DNA of 64,000 nt, taken from assembly GCF_009914755.1 (NCBI RefSeq), contig NC_060927.1; one strand, written 5' to 3'. The stretch's first letter is position 1. Every line of letters begins with the position of its first letter. This DNA is from the human T2T-CHM13v2.0 reference genome, Homo sapiens. Position numbers and translations under genes: made by a program. The notes below the pieces were generated by a model. That model saw only the letters and a list, made by a program, of their open reading frames with translations. It was not told the origin of the DNA and searched no databases. Positions 38,183 to 51,706 of this stretch are shown here, piece after piece.

Positions 38183-38668
38183 TTGATGATTAATTTTATA
38201 TATCAACTTGAGTATGCCATGGGGTGATGAAATATTTGGTCAAACAGTATTCTGGGTGTTTTTGTGAGGGTGTTTTTGGATAAAATTAACATTTAAATCA
38301 ATTAACATTAAATTTAAATTAACATTTAAATCAATACACATTATGGAGAGAAAAGCTCTCCATAATGTGGATGGGCCATATTCAATCAGTGAAGGTCTGA
38401 ATAAAACAAAATGGCTGACTCTCCTTTGAGTTAGAGAGAAAGTTCTCCTGTCTGACATCCTTCAAATTGAATAATTGGCTCTTGTCTTTACAGCAGTTTC
38501 TGGCTATTGGACTTTAACTAGGGCAATAGCTCTGTATATTTTGTGCACACATGCTCTCTCTCTCTCTCTCTTTCTCTTTATATATAAATAAGCATATATT
38601 TTAAAAGTTTATATATATAAGCTTTTTAATATATGTTCTGTTTCTCTAGAGAACCCTGCCTTATAATA
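38183..38668 (+). mobile_element. MLT2 (D-like) ERVL LTR
   Basis: TGATGATTAATTTTATATATCAACTTG...TTCTGTTTCTCTAGAGAACCCTG. Confidence 0.8.
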
Positions 38669-40009
38669 TAGTACCCAAGGTAGTTATATTTTAATGAAGC
38701 ACAATATCCAATAAATATTTAAGAAGTAATCATCCCTCCAAAAATAGTAAATAGAAGAAAGCAAGCAAAAAAACAAACAAACAAAAAAAAACAAAAAAAA
38801 GGAAGGCAGGAAGGAAGGGAGGGAGGGAAGGGGGAAGGAGGGAAAGAAGGAGAGAGAGACTGATTTTAAAAAAATAAAAAATAAACAGGATATACATGAG
38901 AAGTGTTAACTCAGGTAAAGGGTCAGCAGGAATGATTGTGAGGAACAAGTGCATGGCAAAAGGAGATGAAAATATAACACTTTCTGTATGCATTATTTTC
39001 TGGAGTTTGTCCATAGAAGGTTAAAACTGCAAACCCTCTTTCTTACTAAAACTGAGAGATAAACTGCAGTAGAATAGGAAATGCAACCAATGTATTTTTC
39101 TCTGTGCCTTTACACAGTCTTAAATACACATGTTAAGTCTAGAGTCACAAGCATTACTCAAGACCAATTTTCAGCATCAAATTTGGTGTATCTACGCCAG
39201 AAAATATACCAGGCATTTATTCAATAGCTTTGCAAACCCCTTTCCCCAGTGAATCTACCCCTATGAATATCAACGCAGCATTAATCTCATATCAAAGAGA
39301 GAGTTTTCTTGTTTATATAGGAAATGACAATATGCTGATATCAAAGATAAATGATTCATAGACAAACTAGGCTCAGAGATGCAGCTAAGTGAATAAAGAA
39401 GAACACTTCCATTTGCTCTATTTTAATTTTACTCTCAGGCAATCCCTAGCTATGCTGCGCCGTCATTTAGAAATTTTCCAATTCCAAGTAAGAAAGGAAA
39501 GCGTTTTAATTTAAAAATAATTATAATGTAGAATGAATATTGAATATTAATCTCTAGTGTCTTTGTTATGATGTATTCGTCTATATAATTAAGAAAGTGT
39601 AAATATTATAAAATTCAGTTTACAAAAATATTTGAGATTTTCCATTTTCCACTAAACTGATGAGAGCTTTTTTTTTTTTGGAGCCACTAATTTTTGGGAT
39701 GGTGTATATGCAACAAAAGTGAACTGATCTATTTATCCCATTCTTTCATTATGCTACCTCATAAAATACTAGAATATGTTTAGAATGTTAGGATAATGAT
39801 ATTCATTCACATTAAAACCCAAGTTTTGATTTAGTTGACTAAGAAGATTTAGAAATCAAAAACATGCTAATGTTTTGGAACAAATGCAGTCAACTCTATA
39901 CATAAATATACCCAGATGGTTTCATAAATATCTATGCTGTTTGCTTGTTTTTTTATGAACTAGCCTAAGAGGATATTCTGTTTTTAACAGTAATACTAAA
40001 ATGTATTGT

Positions 40010-40240
40010 AGCCCCTGTTAGAAACTATGCTGAACACTTTATAAGCCTTGCCTCAATTTTAACTTACAGTAACCCAGAACATGTAATTAGTATCATCATC
40101 TCTCTTTTTTTTCACCAATAAAAGAACTGAGTCTTGAAGGATTTATTTTTCCCAAAGTTTATCTAAGAAGCAGAAATGAAATTAAATAGTTTCTGACTCT
40201 AGATCCTGAGTGTTTAATCATAAAATATGCTGCCTATAAT
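40010..40240 (-). mobile_element. MIR
   Basis: AACTATGCTGAACACTTT...GAACTGAG...TCTGACTCTAGA...TAATCA. Confidence 0.55.
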
Positions 40241-43190
40241 TTTCCAGAAACGTAACGAAGCAGTGGCATTGTATATGATTCCAAAGTGGTTTTCTTCCAT
40301 TCAAATTCAACTGGAGATAATAAATGTGAAAAAGACATGTAAACTTAATGCACCTAATTTGAACTTCAACAAATTTACTAATTCTCAGTCAACTCAGTTA
40401 ACCCACCATATAAATTTATTTTTGTGATGTTACCATAATAAAAGTAAATTTAAACAATAAAATGTAGATATACATAAAAATAAATATTACTCATTATGCA
40501 ATTAACTAGCTTTCACAAAGGTAATGGGTGTACAATGGTATTATATGAAAGTGGAAAATACAGATTCATGCTATGTAAGAGTAAAAACAAGTAGTCAAGA
40601 CACTGAATGGAAGTTATGCTTACAAATTGGAAATTATCATATATTATTGCATAACCTATATCTACAGGTCTAACATTTAAAATATTCTGAAAACTGAAAA
40701 TAATTTGGTAAATTGGGTACCTTCTGGGCAAGAAAATCTGGATTGCAGTGATGTGAAGTGATTTCTAGTCTTGATCTATGCCACTTAGTGTGATTATATA
40801 CTTTATTGAAGAAATATTTTTGATTACATGGCTCTGCCCCAAGCCCTGCTGGGATTGTTAGGTAACATAGAATATGTTTACTGTATACATTTTCTAAAGT
40901 TCAAAAAATCTTAACTCTAAAACAACATAAATACAAAAATGTTGGAAAAGTGATTGTGGTCCCAAAGTAAGATTTGAGCCTGAAATTAAGGCAATATATC
41001 TTTGTTCTTCATGCTTATAATAGACTAAATCAGTCATTTTCATTTTAGTATGAATAAGCGATCAAATAAAAAACAGGAAGCATGTTTTCATAAAGAGAAG
41101 AGAAAGGACAAAAAGAAGCTGAAACCATTTTCCTTAATTCCACCATAGTTGCTTTTAAAATATAAATATGTCCACACGGAAAAATGAAATATGGCTTCAG
41201 AAGAGAATATTAAACTTATAAATCCTGGTAACATAAGAGAAAATATGGACTTTCTTTTTTGGGGCTGGGGGTGGACTGGCATCTAAGAAGCTTGAAAGTC
41301 ACCACTTTTTCTTAACAAGTAAAAAGATTAAAAAAATGAAAAATCAAGAACTCTTCTTAGATCTATATGAGAAGGGAGGTCACAGGGCAAATTGCTGTAC
41401 CCAAAATTGGAGAGATCAACAGGCAATCACAGAGATCACGAATTACTGCAACAGAAATCAGTGAGCAGGAACAAGTGTCAGGATAGTGAAACCTAAACTG
41501 TAATTGACAAGTTGCTGGAGGCTTGATGGGGCCGACTCTGAGGGTTAAAATCTCCAGGGGAACACAGTCATAGGGAGAGCCCCACACTTTTGTGAATGTT
41601 GCCTCCTGGTGTTCTACCAGGTCCTCACAGTGAATACTAGAGAAAAATCCCCTTGTGTTGCTGGCAGGTGGAGAAGCAAGGGAACTATTTTGAAATAAAT
41701 CAGACCATTCGGTTCCCTTAACAAAGTCCACCCTCAGGAAAAACTATTTTACTGGAGTTTAACCTGCTGTAACTTTATCAGAGCCAAACTGACCTGGGAG
41801 GAAGAGAAATAGTCAGCTGCAGCCCACTTTAGCCATCCTGTCCCAAGGGGTGGGGAGAAGTAGACTGGGAAGCATGTATAAAGTTTAGTCCAGAGGCACA
41901 AGCTCACTAAAAGATAGATAGTTAATCATAGGACTGTAGAACACTTCCTCTTCCCGTACCTTACCTCTACATTATTAAAAGATTGTTTATAGCAGCCTCT
42001 TTGGCACAGTACATATGGCTGGCTTTTAAGAAAACATTACAAGATATACTAAAAGGCCAAAACACAGTTTGAAGAGACACAGCAATCATCACAATGAGAC
42101 TCAGATATGCCAGGAATGTTGGAATTACCGGACTAGAAATTTAAAACAAATATGATTAATATGCAAAGAGTCCTAATGATTAAACTAGACCGTATGTAAA
42201 AACAGATAAGCAATTTAAGCAGAGAGACGAAAATTCTAAGAAAGAACCAAAAGGAAACACTAGAGATCAAAAATGCCTTTTATAGGCTTGTTAATAGACT
42301 GAACAAGACAAAGGAAAGATTTTCTGAGCTTGAGAATATCTCAAACAAAACTACAAAACTGAAAAGCTAAGAGAAAACGGACTTACAAAAATGGAATATT
42401 GAAGAATTGTGGGACAGCTACAAAAGATGTGACATATGAATGAAGGGATTAGCAGAAGAAGAAGAAAGAGAGAAAGGAATTGAAGAAATATTTGCAACAG
42501 TAATGAATGAGCATTTCCTCAAATTAATGTCAAGCACCAAACCGCAGATGCAGAAAGTTCACAAAATACCAAGAAGGGTAAATGGCAGAAAGTCTACATC
42601 TAGACATATTATTTTCAAACTATAGAAAATAAAAGATACAAACAAATTCTCAAAGAAGCCAGAGGAACTTTTACCAAGATAGACCACAAAACACACCTTA
42701 GTAAATTCTGAAGACTATAGATTATACAATATCTGCTCTCAGACCACAGTGGAAGTAAGCTAGAAATCAATAACAGAAAGATAGCTGGAAAATCCCAAAA
42801 TATTTAGAGATTAAACAATGTACTTTTAAATAACACATCGTTCAAAGAAGAAATTATAAAAGAATTTCACAAATATTTTTAACTAAATAAAAATGAAAAC
42901 AAACATAAAAATTTGTGGGATACAATGAGAGCAGTGCTTAGAGGGAAATTTATACTATTAAATGTATATATTAGAAAAAAAGAAAGATCTGAAATCAGTC
43001 ATCTAAGCTTCCACCTTAGGAAACTAGAAAAAGGGGTGCAAATTAAATGCAACATAAGCAGAAGGAAATAAATTATAAAAACTAGAACAGAAATTAATGA
43101 AATTATAAGCAAGAAATCAAGAGAGAAAATTAATGAAACCAAGAGCTGATTTTTTGAAAATATTAACAAATCAATAGGTCTCAGAAATGA

Positions 43191-43308
43191 GGCCAGGCAC
43201 AGTGGCTTATGCCTGTCATTCCAACACTTAGGGAGGTGGAGGCAGGAGGATCACTTGAGCCCAGGAGTTCAAGGCCAGCCCAGGCAATATGGTAAAACAA
43301 AAAAACAA
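43191..43308 (+). mobile_element. FLAM/AluJ left monomer
   Basis: GGCCAGGCACAGTGG...AGGATCACTTGAGCCCAGGAGTTC plus A-tail; AAATGA on both sides. Confidence 0.8.
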
Positions 43309-43577
43309 ACAAATGAAAAGAGGTACATCAATACACATCCCATAGACATGAAAAGGATAATCGAGGTACAATATAAAGTACTCTATGCCCAAGAATTTTA
43401 TAGCCTTGATGAAACTGACCAATACCTAGAAAGACACTATCTGCCAAGATTCACATAAGAAGAAATAAGCAATCTGAATGGGTACATATATTAAAGAAAT
43501 TAAATCAATGATTAATAACCTTCCAAAATACATATCACCAGGCCCAGATGGGTTCACTGGTAAACTCTACCAAGCAC

Positions 43578-43660
43578 CTTTTAAAATTTTATTTTACTTT
43601 TAATTGACAAATAATAGTTGTATATATTTATGGGGTACAATATGATGTTATGACACATCA
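43578..43660 (-). mobile_element. L1MA 3' end fragment
   Basis: TTTAATTGACAAATAATAGTTGTATATATTTATGGGGTACAA. Confidence 0.7.
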
Positions 43661-44769
43661 ATCATATCAGTTGTGAAAATTGAACACTGCGATATTGACA
43701 AAAGGTGTATATATACCAATAAAACAGACTAGGGAGCCCAGCAATAGACCCACATAAATATAGCCAGCTGATCTTTTACAAAAAAGTAAAGTCAATATAA
43801 TGTAGAAAAAATCATCTTTTCAACAAATGATCCTGTAATAACTGGACATCTACATGCAAAAAGAAAACAAATCAATCTAAATACAGACTTTACAACATCC
43901 AAAAAAGTGTAAACCAAAATGAATCACAGACCTAAATGTAAAATACAAAACTATAAAACTTCTAAAAGATAACAGGATAAAATCTAGGTAACTCAGTTTT
44001 TGGTGATGACTTTTTAGATACACCGAAGGCATGATCCATGAAAGAAAAAATTGATAAGCTAGATTTCATAAGAATCAATAATTTTTGTTCTGAGAAAGAG
44101 AATAAAAAGAGAAGCCACAGACTGAGAGAAAAATATTTGCAATATACATATCGGTAAAGGATTTTTATCTAAAATATACAAATGATTTCTAAAATTCTAA
44201 AATTCAACAGTAAAAAATAACCCAATTAAAAGAATGGGTTTTCATATGACAGAAATTTAGATGTGGTTAGTGGAGAGAAGGAAAGAGACATCAATATCTT
44301 CCTTTTACATCAGAGAACTCTAGAGATATTATGTCAAGTTGATGGGAAAAGGCATTGAAAAAGTTATATATTGTTCAATTTTTAAACAGTAGAAGGAGTA
44401 ATATTACACAATAATCAGCTTTGGGAGGAAAGGATGAGGGTAAATTAAGAGTGATGCGAGGAACCATAGCTCTATCTTTCAAAGTGAGAAGTAAACATAT
44501 ATGACTAAATTTGATAAATGAAGAAACATCTATATTATTTAGAGTTAAAAAGCTAATTCTAATAAAAAATGAAGAGCCAAAATTGTTCAATCAAAATAAT
44601 TGCTTCTGAACAATAGCGCTAAGAAAGAGGAAGCAGGTCGGAGACTGATTTTAATAACTTTGAAAAAAATTTAAGAAATAGAAAATAAATAAAGCAAAAA
44701 TTTGTTCGTGATAGTTGATTGAAATAAAACATTGGCTATAAAGTAAGAGGGCAGTGGTTACTTTAAGTC

Positions 44770-45520
44770 AGGTGGTCTGAAAGTGACCTGACTTATGAGA
44801 GCGGGCAGCCATGAGAAACCTGGAGTCAATGTGATCCAGGCAGAGAGCGCTCCCAGTCTTGAGCTAAGTGGAAGCCAGCTTGTCATGTTGGGGGAAGAGA
44901 AAGGACACTTTAGCAAGCCAAAAGATGCACAGGGAGGTGAGCAAGGGTCAATCATATAGTCCTTATAGGTTATGGGATAAAGTTTGGATCATATTTAAAT
45001 TAAAATGGAGAAACACCAAGGGGATTAAAGTAATGAAGAGATATGTTCTGCTTTTAATTTAAAGAGACAATACTGGCTAGTCTGTAAAAGGTAGACTGGT
45101 GGAGGTAAAAATAAAGGCAAGAAGATAGGGTGCTCCTACCACAGGTTGGAGAGAGGTAATAGTGATTCGATGAACAGTGTTTAATGTTTGTGACATATCT
45201 TTGGAGATAAATAAGGTTTATTCATGGATTATATACGAAGTGTGAACAAAAGTGGGGAAACACTGGAGACTCCACACAGCAGGGTGATGGTAGTGATTTC
45301 AACAGCTCTGTGACAGACAGTGGTGGAGATTTTTCCTTGAAGCAGAAATCCAGAGTTCTCTTTTGTGCATCTTCAGTTTGAGATGCCCATTAGAAACTCA
45401 CATGCAGATCCTATATGTGGAATTTGACATATGAATTTGTAGTTCTAAAAAAGGGTTCAACTGCTGAAACATATCTGATAATCATCAGAATGCAGGTAAT
45501 ACTTAAAGCCAGAAGAGCCT
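44770..45520 (-). mobile_element. L2 fragment (continues ~46330-46470)
   Basis: GCAGCCATG...TCCAGGCAGAG; AGTTTGAGATGCCCATTAGA; GAGTTCTCTTTTG. Confidence 0.65.
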
Positions 45521-45609
45521 CATCTTAAAAAAAGAGGGTCTATAATAAAAATAGCAAATTTTATTTTGTGGTTATGATATGCCTAACACTCACCTAAAGG
45601 CTTTTTCCA

Positions 45610-46153
45610 TGTTATGTTTGGAGGTCCCAAGACCACCTCTGGGTTTGATGATTTGCTAGGGCTGAAATAACTCAGTACGTAATCACTTTCATGGCTATGA
45701 TTCATTACAGGAAAAGTATGGAAAGCAAAATCAACAAAGGGAAATGGCACATGGGGCATTTTCTGAGGGAAACCAGACACAGCATCCTTTCCCAGTGGAG
45801 TGATGTAGAATATGCTTAAACCCCCAGCAATTAGATGGGATAACACAGGAAGTGTTGCCAACCAGGTAAGCTAGTTAGAGACTCAGATCCCTGGGTTTTT
45901 ATTGGAGGCTAATCACACAGGCAGCCTCTGTCTGGTACGCACAAATATTCCAGAATTTCAGAAGTAAAAGAGGTGGTCAACACAAACCATATTGTTTTCA
46001 TAAATAGTTATGGTGAGCTACTCTAATCAGTTAGTTGTGTGGAAATACTCCCCAAATCCAAGTTCCCAGATGCCAACTCAGGGCCAAACTTGTGAGCAGG
46101 TCTATTTAAGGATAAGCAGTTAGGCCTTCTCTTTTGAGTCTCTTTGGGACACA
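45610..46153 (-). mobile_element. MER68/MER77-like ERVL LTR
   Basis: GGTCCCAAGACCACC...AAATCCAAGTTCCCAGATGCCA...GGGCCAAACTTG...TAAGGATA. Confidence 0.7.
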
Positions 46154-46589
46154 TATCTTAGACTACTTAAGACTCCAACAAGCTTTTCTGATAGGTCTTA
46201 TCACTATCTTTATTTTACCAACAAGTAAACCATGGGAGATGCACACTCATTTTATAAGGCAAAAGGTTGGAAACTAAACTAAGGTTTGGCTCTTGTGTGA
46301 TTGCTCTTAGGTACTTCATAAAGGAGCTTCTCTCAATAGAGAACAGAAAATGGCAGGGGAGGAGGGTTGATGGACTAAGCTTCGGGAATCTCAACATTTA
46401 CATGTCTAAGAGACTAAGGAGGACAAACCAGTGAAATATATAGAAAACCAGGAGACCATGCAGGTCTATCTCAGGACTGACAGTGGTGTTCAGAAAATGG
46501 GCTATTTGCAATTGACATATTGGAGAGGGTGCAGCTATTGTGGATAACAAGGTTAAGTACATGTCCTCATTTTAATTTTCCTGCTTCGC

Positions 46590-47110
46590 CTCCTACCCTG
46601 ATCTAGTACACTCTACCTCTGATCACACGGGCCACATGTTTTCCTCTTCTTACTACAGCTGATATTTGTTTACAAACACTTCTCCTGTTATCCAAAATGT
46701 TATCCCCTTACTTTCCAAATAGTAATTTCTAGCCATCTATCAAAAGCTGTCTCTAATAGAAACTTATTTAGAAAATCTTGCTGCTTCTTCCAGAGTTATC
46801 TACTTTCTCATGGAAAATGTTCTCTTTGTGTTTCTGTTACAAATTCTTTTCTTAGTTTCCTATTATGTGCTTACTTCTCACCATTTACTCTTAGCCTGGC
46901 AGCTGCTGAAGGCAGGATCTGCACCTTGTTCTATATAGTACTCTCAGAGGCTGGTGCAGTGTCCAGAACAGCAGATGCTCAATAAAGGCTGGAGGGAAAA
47001 GGGAAGGGAGGGAGAAAGGGGGCAAAAAGGAAGAAAAGAAGGCAGGCAGGAAGGTAGACAGGAAGGCAGGAAAGAAGGAGGGAAGGGGATAAAAAAGGAA
47101 GGAAGGACGA
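46590..47110 (+). mobile_element. L2 3' end followed by (GGAA)-like purine tract
   Basis: TGAAGGCAGGA...CAGTGTCCAGAACAGCAGATGCTCAATAAA, then a GA-rich repeat. Confidence 0.6.
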
Positions 47111-47284
47111 ATAGACTGAGGTAGTGCTATTGAGGAGCAGTAAGGTGAAAGAGAAAAGGCGTGCTGGGGTGAGTGTATGTAAACATTTTCTATAACTCAA
47201 GGCACCCAAGGCTTTCTCAGATTGGAAAACTTTAAATAGTAGGGATGTGTAGATTGAATTTGTATTCACCTAGCTGGTTGCTAC

Positions 47285-47357
47285 AATACATTTCTTTTCT
47301 TTATAAAATACCCAGTCTCAGGTATTCTGTTACAGCAACATAAAATAAACTAATACA
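47285..47357 (+). mobile_element. MaLR (MST/MLT1A) LTR 3' tip
   Basis: TTTATAAAATACCCAGTCTCAGGTATTCTGTTACAGCAAC...ACTAATACA. Confidence 0.7.
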
Positions 47358-48038
47358 GCGGTGTTATACAAACAAATCTATAAATGTTACTTTTCATGTA
47401 TACACAAGCACCTGGGAGCTATAGATTGAAGTCTCCTAGGCATTGTTTTCCTTCCACTGGAATCCCTCTTGGACTAGGTATAATGCAAAATCTCCTTAGA
47501 AGAGAGTGAGAGGAACATTTTAAAGAAACAGTACATTCTTATCTAGTGTAAATGAATTTATCAGGATTTTTTACAGGGATACCCCCCTTTTTTTAAACGT
47601 CGGGTTGAAGGAGAAAATACGAGGACACTGGGAATCTAAAAATAGCCAGAAAAAAAGAAGAAATTATCCACAACCAGGAGGCTAAGAGATTAGAGAAATT
47701 AAATTGTGTACTTTACAATTTTACCTAGAACTAGTTCAGATTGAAACATACCATCTTCTGAAATACAACCAAAAATCCCTATGTAGAGAATCCAAAGGTG
47801 ACATGGATTCTGTTTCCAAAGAGGTTTAGAAATTGGTAGAGAAAATTCCAGTTATATATTATAGTTAACCACACTGGACAGGGAAATGTTGGATAAAGGC
47901 TCAGTATAAAACTGGTCAGCCTCAAAATTCTCATTTGAAACCTCATGCAACTCTGGGTGAGTATTAGGGTCTGTCCAGAAAACATGAACTATTAGGGCTG
48001 GGAAGGAAGGTACTCTTCTATTTTACCTGTGTAGTGTG

Positions 48039-48077
48039 TGTATTAGTCAGGGTTCTCTAGAGGGACAGAACTAATAG

Positions 48078-48115
<38 letters not shown>

Positions 48116-48554
48116 CACACACATATATATACACCTATATATATATAGGGTAGTTTATTAACTTATTTAGAAAATCTTGCTGCTTAACTCACAGAATCAC
48201 AAGGTTCCACAATAGGCTATCTGCAAGCTGAGGAGTAAGGAGAGCCAGTCTGAGTCCCAAAACTGAAGAACTTGGAGTCCGATGTTCAAAGGCAGGAAGC
48301 ATCCAGCATGGGAGAAAGATGTAGGATGGGAGGCTAGGCCAGTCTAGTCTTTTCAAGTTTTGCTGCCTGCTTTATATTCTAGCTGCTGCACTGGCAGCTG
48401 TTTAGATGGTGCCCACCCAGATTAAGTGTGGGTCTGCCTTTCCCAGCCCACTGATGCGAATGTTAATCTCCTTTGGCAACACCCTCACAGACACATCCAG
48501 GATCAATACTTTGCATCCTTCAATACAATCAAGTTGACAGTATTAGCCATCACT
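48039..48554 (-). mobile_element. MLT2A1 (HERVL) solo LTR with internal (TA)n
   Basis: TGTATTAGTCAGGGTTCTCTAGAGGGACAGAACTAATAGG...CAATCAAGTTGACA; TSD GTGTG on both sides. Confidence 0.9.
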
Positions 48555-48807
48555 GTGTGGTATGTATTAAGGAATCTTTCTCAGATGGGGCTAAATTTGA
48601 TGACATGGGAAGATGGCAGGGCTACCTAACCTTAGCTTCACAGTTCTCCCATGCTCAGATGTTCCCTTCCTTCCCTACAAAGTGCAGCCTCCTCTGAGGC
48701 TACTGGGTTTTCTTGTAAACACGTTCGCTACAGCTGGACCCTGTTGTACAATCTGTTTCTCCACCATTAAAAGGAGAGCAATGAAGAGTTTATTAGATAA
48801 AAGCACT

Positions 48808-49168
48808 TAATAAATTAACTTTGGCCCAAAGTGGCCCTGTACATAGTGAACTGTACCCTAGCTTGATGTGCTTGATGTGTAAACAAGTTGCAACTTAACC
48901 TAGAAGTATACACCTTCTTAATCAAGCAGCTGAGTTCCAGGAAAGCTGCCAAATTATGCCCAAATAAGGCAAATGCCTGACTGTACCAATCAGGTAATCG
49001 CTGTCTCTCATTTTCTGTTTTCTGGTTATAAATATAGCTTAACACATAGGAGGTGGGGGGCATTTCTGAATCATCGTGGGTCTTAGGTGGTGCCCAGTTC
49101 TTGAAACTTTTCTTGCTTAAATTAACTTTGTTAAATTCAACCAGTCTGAGGGATTTTTTTCTTCAAAC
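48808..49168 (+). mobile_element. MER57-family ERV1 LTR
   Basis: CCCAAATAAGGCAAATGCC...CCAATCAGG...TATAAAT...GCTTAAATTAACTTTGTTAAATT. Confidence 0.65.
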
Positions 49169-49639
49169 TGAGCACAATAAATCAATTCTATATGTTTTTA
49201 TTACTCCTTTTTTAGACATTCCATTTTTATTGTGAATAAATTGATTTCTACCTAATTGGATTTCCATTAAAGAAAATATGAGAGAGGAAGAGAGAGAAAC
49301 AAAAAACACTGCATCCTATATCATTCTTTTTAAAATGAGTAGAGACTTAACAGATGGGAAAAGTGTATTCAGAGAAATTAACAGCATTTTAACTGCAAGG
49401 ACCTGGCAGGTATTGTGGGAGAGTGAAAGGATACTTAACAGCTTCTGCCCTCTCTGAGCTACTATATCATGATTCTAACACTGTAGGTGTTTGTTATTTC
49501 ATAGCATCTTTAAACAAGAACAAAATATGCAGTTGCAGAAGACTGTAACAACATTCTGTAAAGGGATCCACACCAAGTGGTATTTCTTTAAGATGATCCC
49601 CATTTTAAACCATTTGCAATTGCATTTCTTGTCAGAACT

Positions 49640-49930
49640 CTCCACTCCTCAACATTGAAGTCAGCTTCCTGAGGCTTCCCCCAACCACCATTTGCAGTGT
49701 ATCCTCAGACATTTGCTCTGGTACTCTCTGATTTCCTCTTTTATTTTCCTTAGAATATTTGTCACTATCTAGATCATTTTATTCATTCATTCATTCATTC
49801 ATTCATTCATGTCCTTGTATGCTGGGGAATGTAAGCTCTCTGAGGTTAGGGCTTTCTCAGTCTATCACTCTTATCAACGGGGAATTATAACATTTTCTCG
49901 TACTTTGGAAGTGCTAAAAAGACAGAATGA
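49640..49930 (+). mobile_element. L2 fragment with (ATTC)n
   Basis: GAATGTAAGCTCTCTGAGG; (TTCA)n at ~49781-49810. Confidence 0.55.
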
Positions 49931-50660
49931 AGTTTTGACCACTTATAGTGGATTCTGATGCTGCCTCCTGTAATTCCTCAGTAAGAAACTGTTTATGAGC
50001 CTTAATCAATTTCCTAAGGACAGTTTGTCAAATCAGAGCCATCTTCTGTGTGGAGTACTTCCTACTGCTCCCACTATTCTAGTGGGTTCTGAATGCCGTT
50101 TTTGTGCCCCAGGGCCCTAATCACCCTAAAGTGATATTTTATTATGTTTATTAAGTGCTTTTTAAGTCTGAAAATGGTAGAGTTATATTACAACTCAGTT
50201 TCTCTAATAAAGAAACTTGTCTGCTTTATCTGTATGCTTCCTCAATGAGACTAGCTTAAGAATCTTCTGGGAAAAAAAGTCTCTCTTTGTTTTCAGTCAC
50301 ACTGAAATTTAATGCTTGCCAAGCAGTTTATCTGTTTTATAGCAATAGCTTAGGATGTTACTGGTTAATCATTTTGTGTTCAACATCATGTTCATTACAC
50401 ATGCATGTGAAAAAATACCTGACTCATATGTTACAAGCTGTTAGCTCCTGGACTGACCTTCCCCCGAGACTTTTGTACCCACCACCCACTGTTGAGCTAT
50501 AAAGTGTTTAAATTTTAGGTCTTTTTCAACCTTTGAAAATGGGGAGCTTGCATATAAAATTCAACATAACAAGCTTCTCTTAAAAATCTAAAGTTCTGGG
50601 GGAAATAGGCCTATGTTCCTACATGTTAATGATCTGCTTGGGCTGGTAGTAACTGCTCAC

Positions 50661-50822
50661 TTTGGGTGGTCATGAAGACCCCAGTAGGCCAACTTCTCAA
50701 CTGTTCCTGTTGCTCCTCCCCAAATGAAATCCAGCATCCGTCCCTTTCATCATCATAGATCTGTGTTCTTCCAGTTATTTTGACTGCTTGAGCTCTGGAG
50801 GATCTAAATTTTGGGTCATGTC
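50661..50822 (-). other. Candidate exon (162 bp, one open frame)
   Basis: Minus strand TTACTAAATTTTTTAG|GACATG...CCCAAA|GTGAGC; branch-like TACTAA; purine-rich; peptide not recognised. Confidence 0.35.
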
Positions 50823-51109
50823 CTAAAAAATTTAGTAAAGCTAATATAATTTTATATTTCACTTAAAAAGTCAACTATAACAACACTAAATATTAGTAAT
50901 ATATTTATTGTATTATTCATAAGCCATTTAGAAAAAAAAATTGTGGGACAGACTGGTCTCTGCAGAAGACCACCTCTGCAGGGGAAAATATTACTTACAT
51001 GGGCGTAGGAATTGTTTTGCTCAAAAAACAAAATCATGTTATATTGAATAAAGGCATAGCTTTACTCATAGAGTTAAAGGAGTAGCATGTTTTCTCCTAA
51101 TACATTCAA

Positions 51110-51305
51110 ATCATAGCCTGTTGAAGAAGACTGAGCTTGTTTTGAATCCTTACTTTCCTTTTACCCTCTTTGAGACTTTGACAAGTCACTCAAACTCTAT
51201 GAATATCAGATCTTTCATTTGTGGGTTAGTAACATGTGTATGTACTTCTATGAGAGCCAATAAGGAAAAATGCCAATATATATAAAGTGCTTAGTCGTGT
51301 ATCTA
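51110..51305 (+). mobile_element. MIR
   Basis: TTTGAATCC...GACTTTGACAAGTCACTCAAACTCT...TATAAAGTGCTTAG. Confidence 0.65.
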
Positions 51306-51314
51306 GCCAAAATC

Positions 51315-51549
51315 CAGATGGTTCTTGATTAGTAATGGTTTGACTTATTTTTTCAAATTTATGTTCGATATATTGGACATAAGCCCATGGTAAATCAAGA
51401 GACATCTGGACTTAATGATGGTCCCACTTAAGATTTTTCAACTTCGTGATGGCTTTATCAGGGTAGTAAACACACTTTTAACTTATGATATGTTTAACTT
51501 ATGATAAGTTTATCAGGCTGTAGCCCCATCATAAGTATAGGAGCATCTG
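51315..51549. mobile_element. MER47-like TcMar-Tigger element
   Basis: Termini CAGATG.../...GAGCATCTG with repeated ACTTA(C/T)GAT motifs. Confidence 0.7.
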
Positions 51550-51706
51550 CAGTCTGTCCTCTGTATTTTAGTCTTCACCATATCCCCGTTTTCTAAATGT
51601 CATCCTATTTAGAAAGCATCCAAGCTGATGCCAGGATAAAAAGCGAATTTTAAAAAGCCAATTTTATGTATTTAAACTTTTTTTTGGTCTAAAGACAAGG
51701 TAATAT

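Larger units (their letters stand above)
41245..44240 (+). mobile_element. Old L1M mosaic (5'UTR, ORF1, internally deleted ORF2)
   Basis: ORF1 remnant (EEEEREKGIEEIF...STSRHIIFKL); EN-like CTCAGACCACAGTGG and CAGTGCTTAGAGGGAAATTTATA; CCAGGCCCAGATGGGTTCACTGG; ORF2 3' pieces. Confidence 0.8.
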
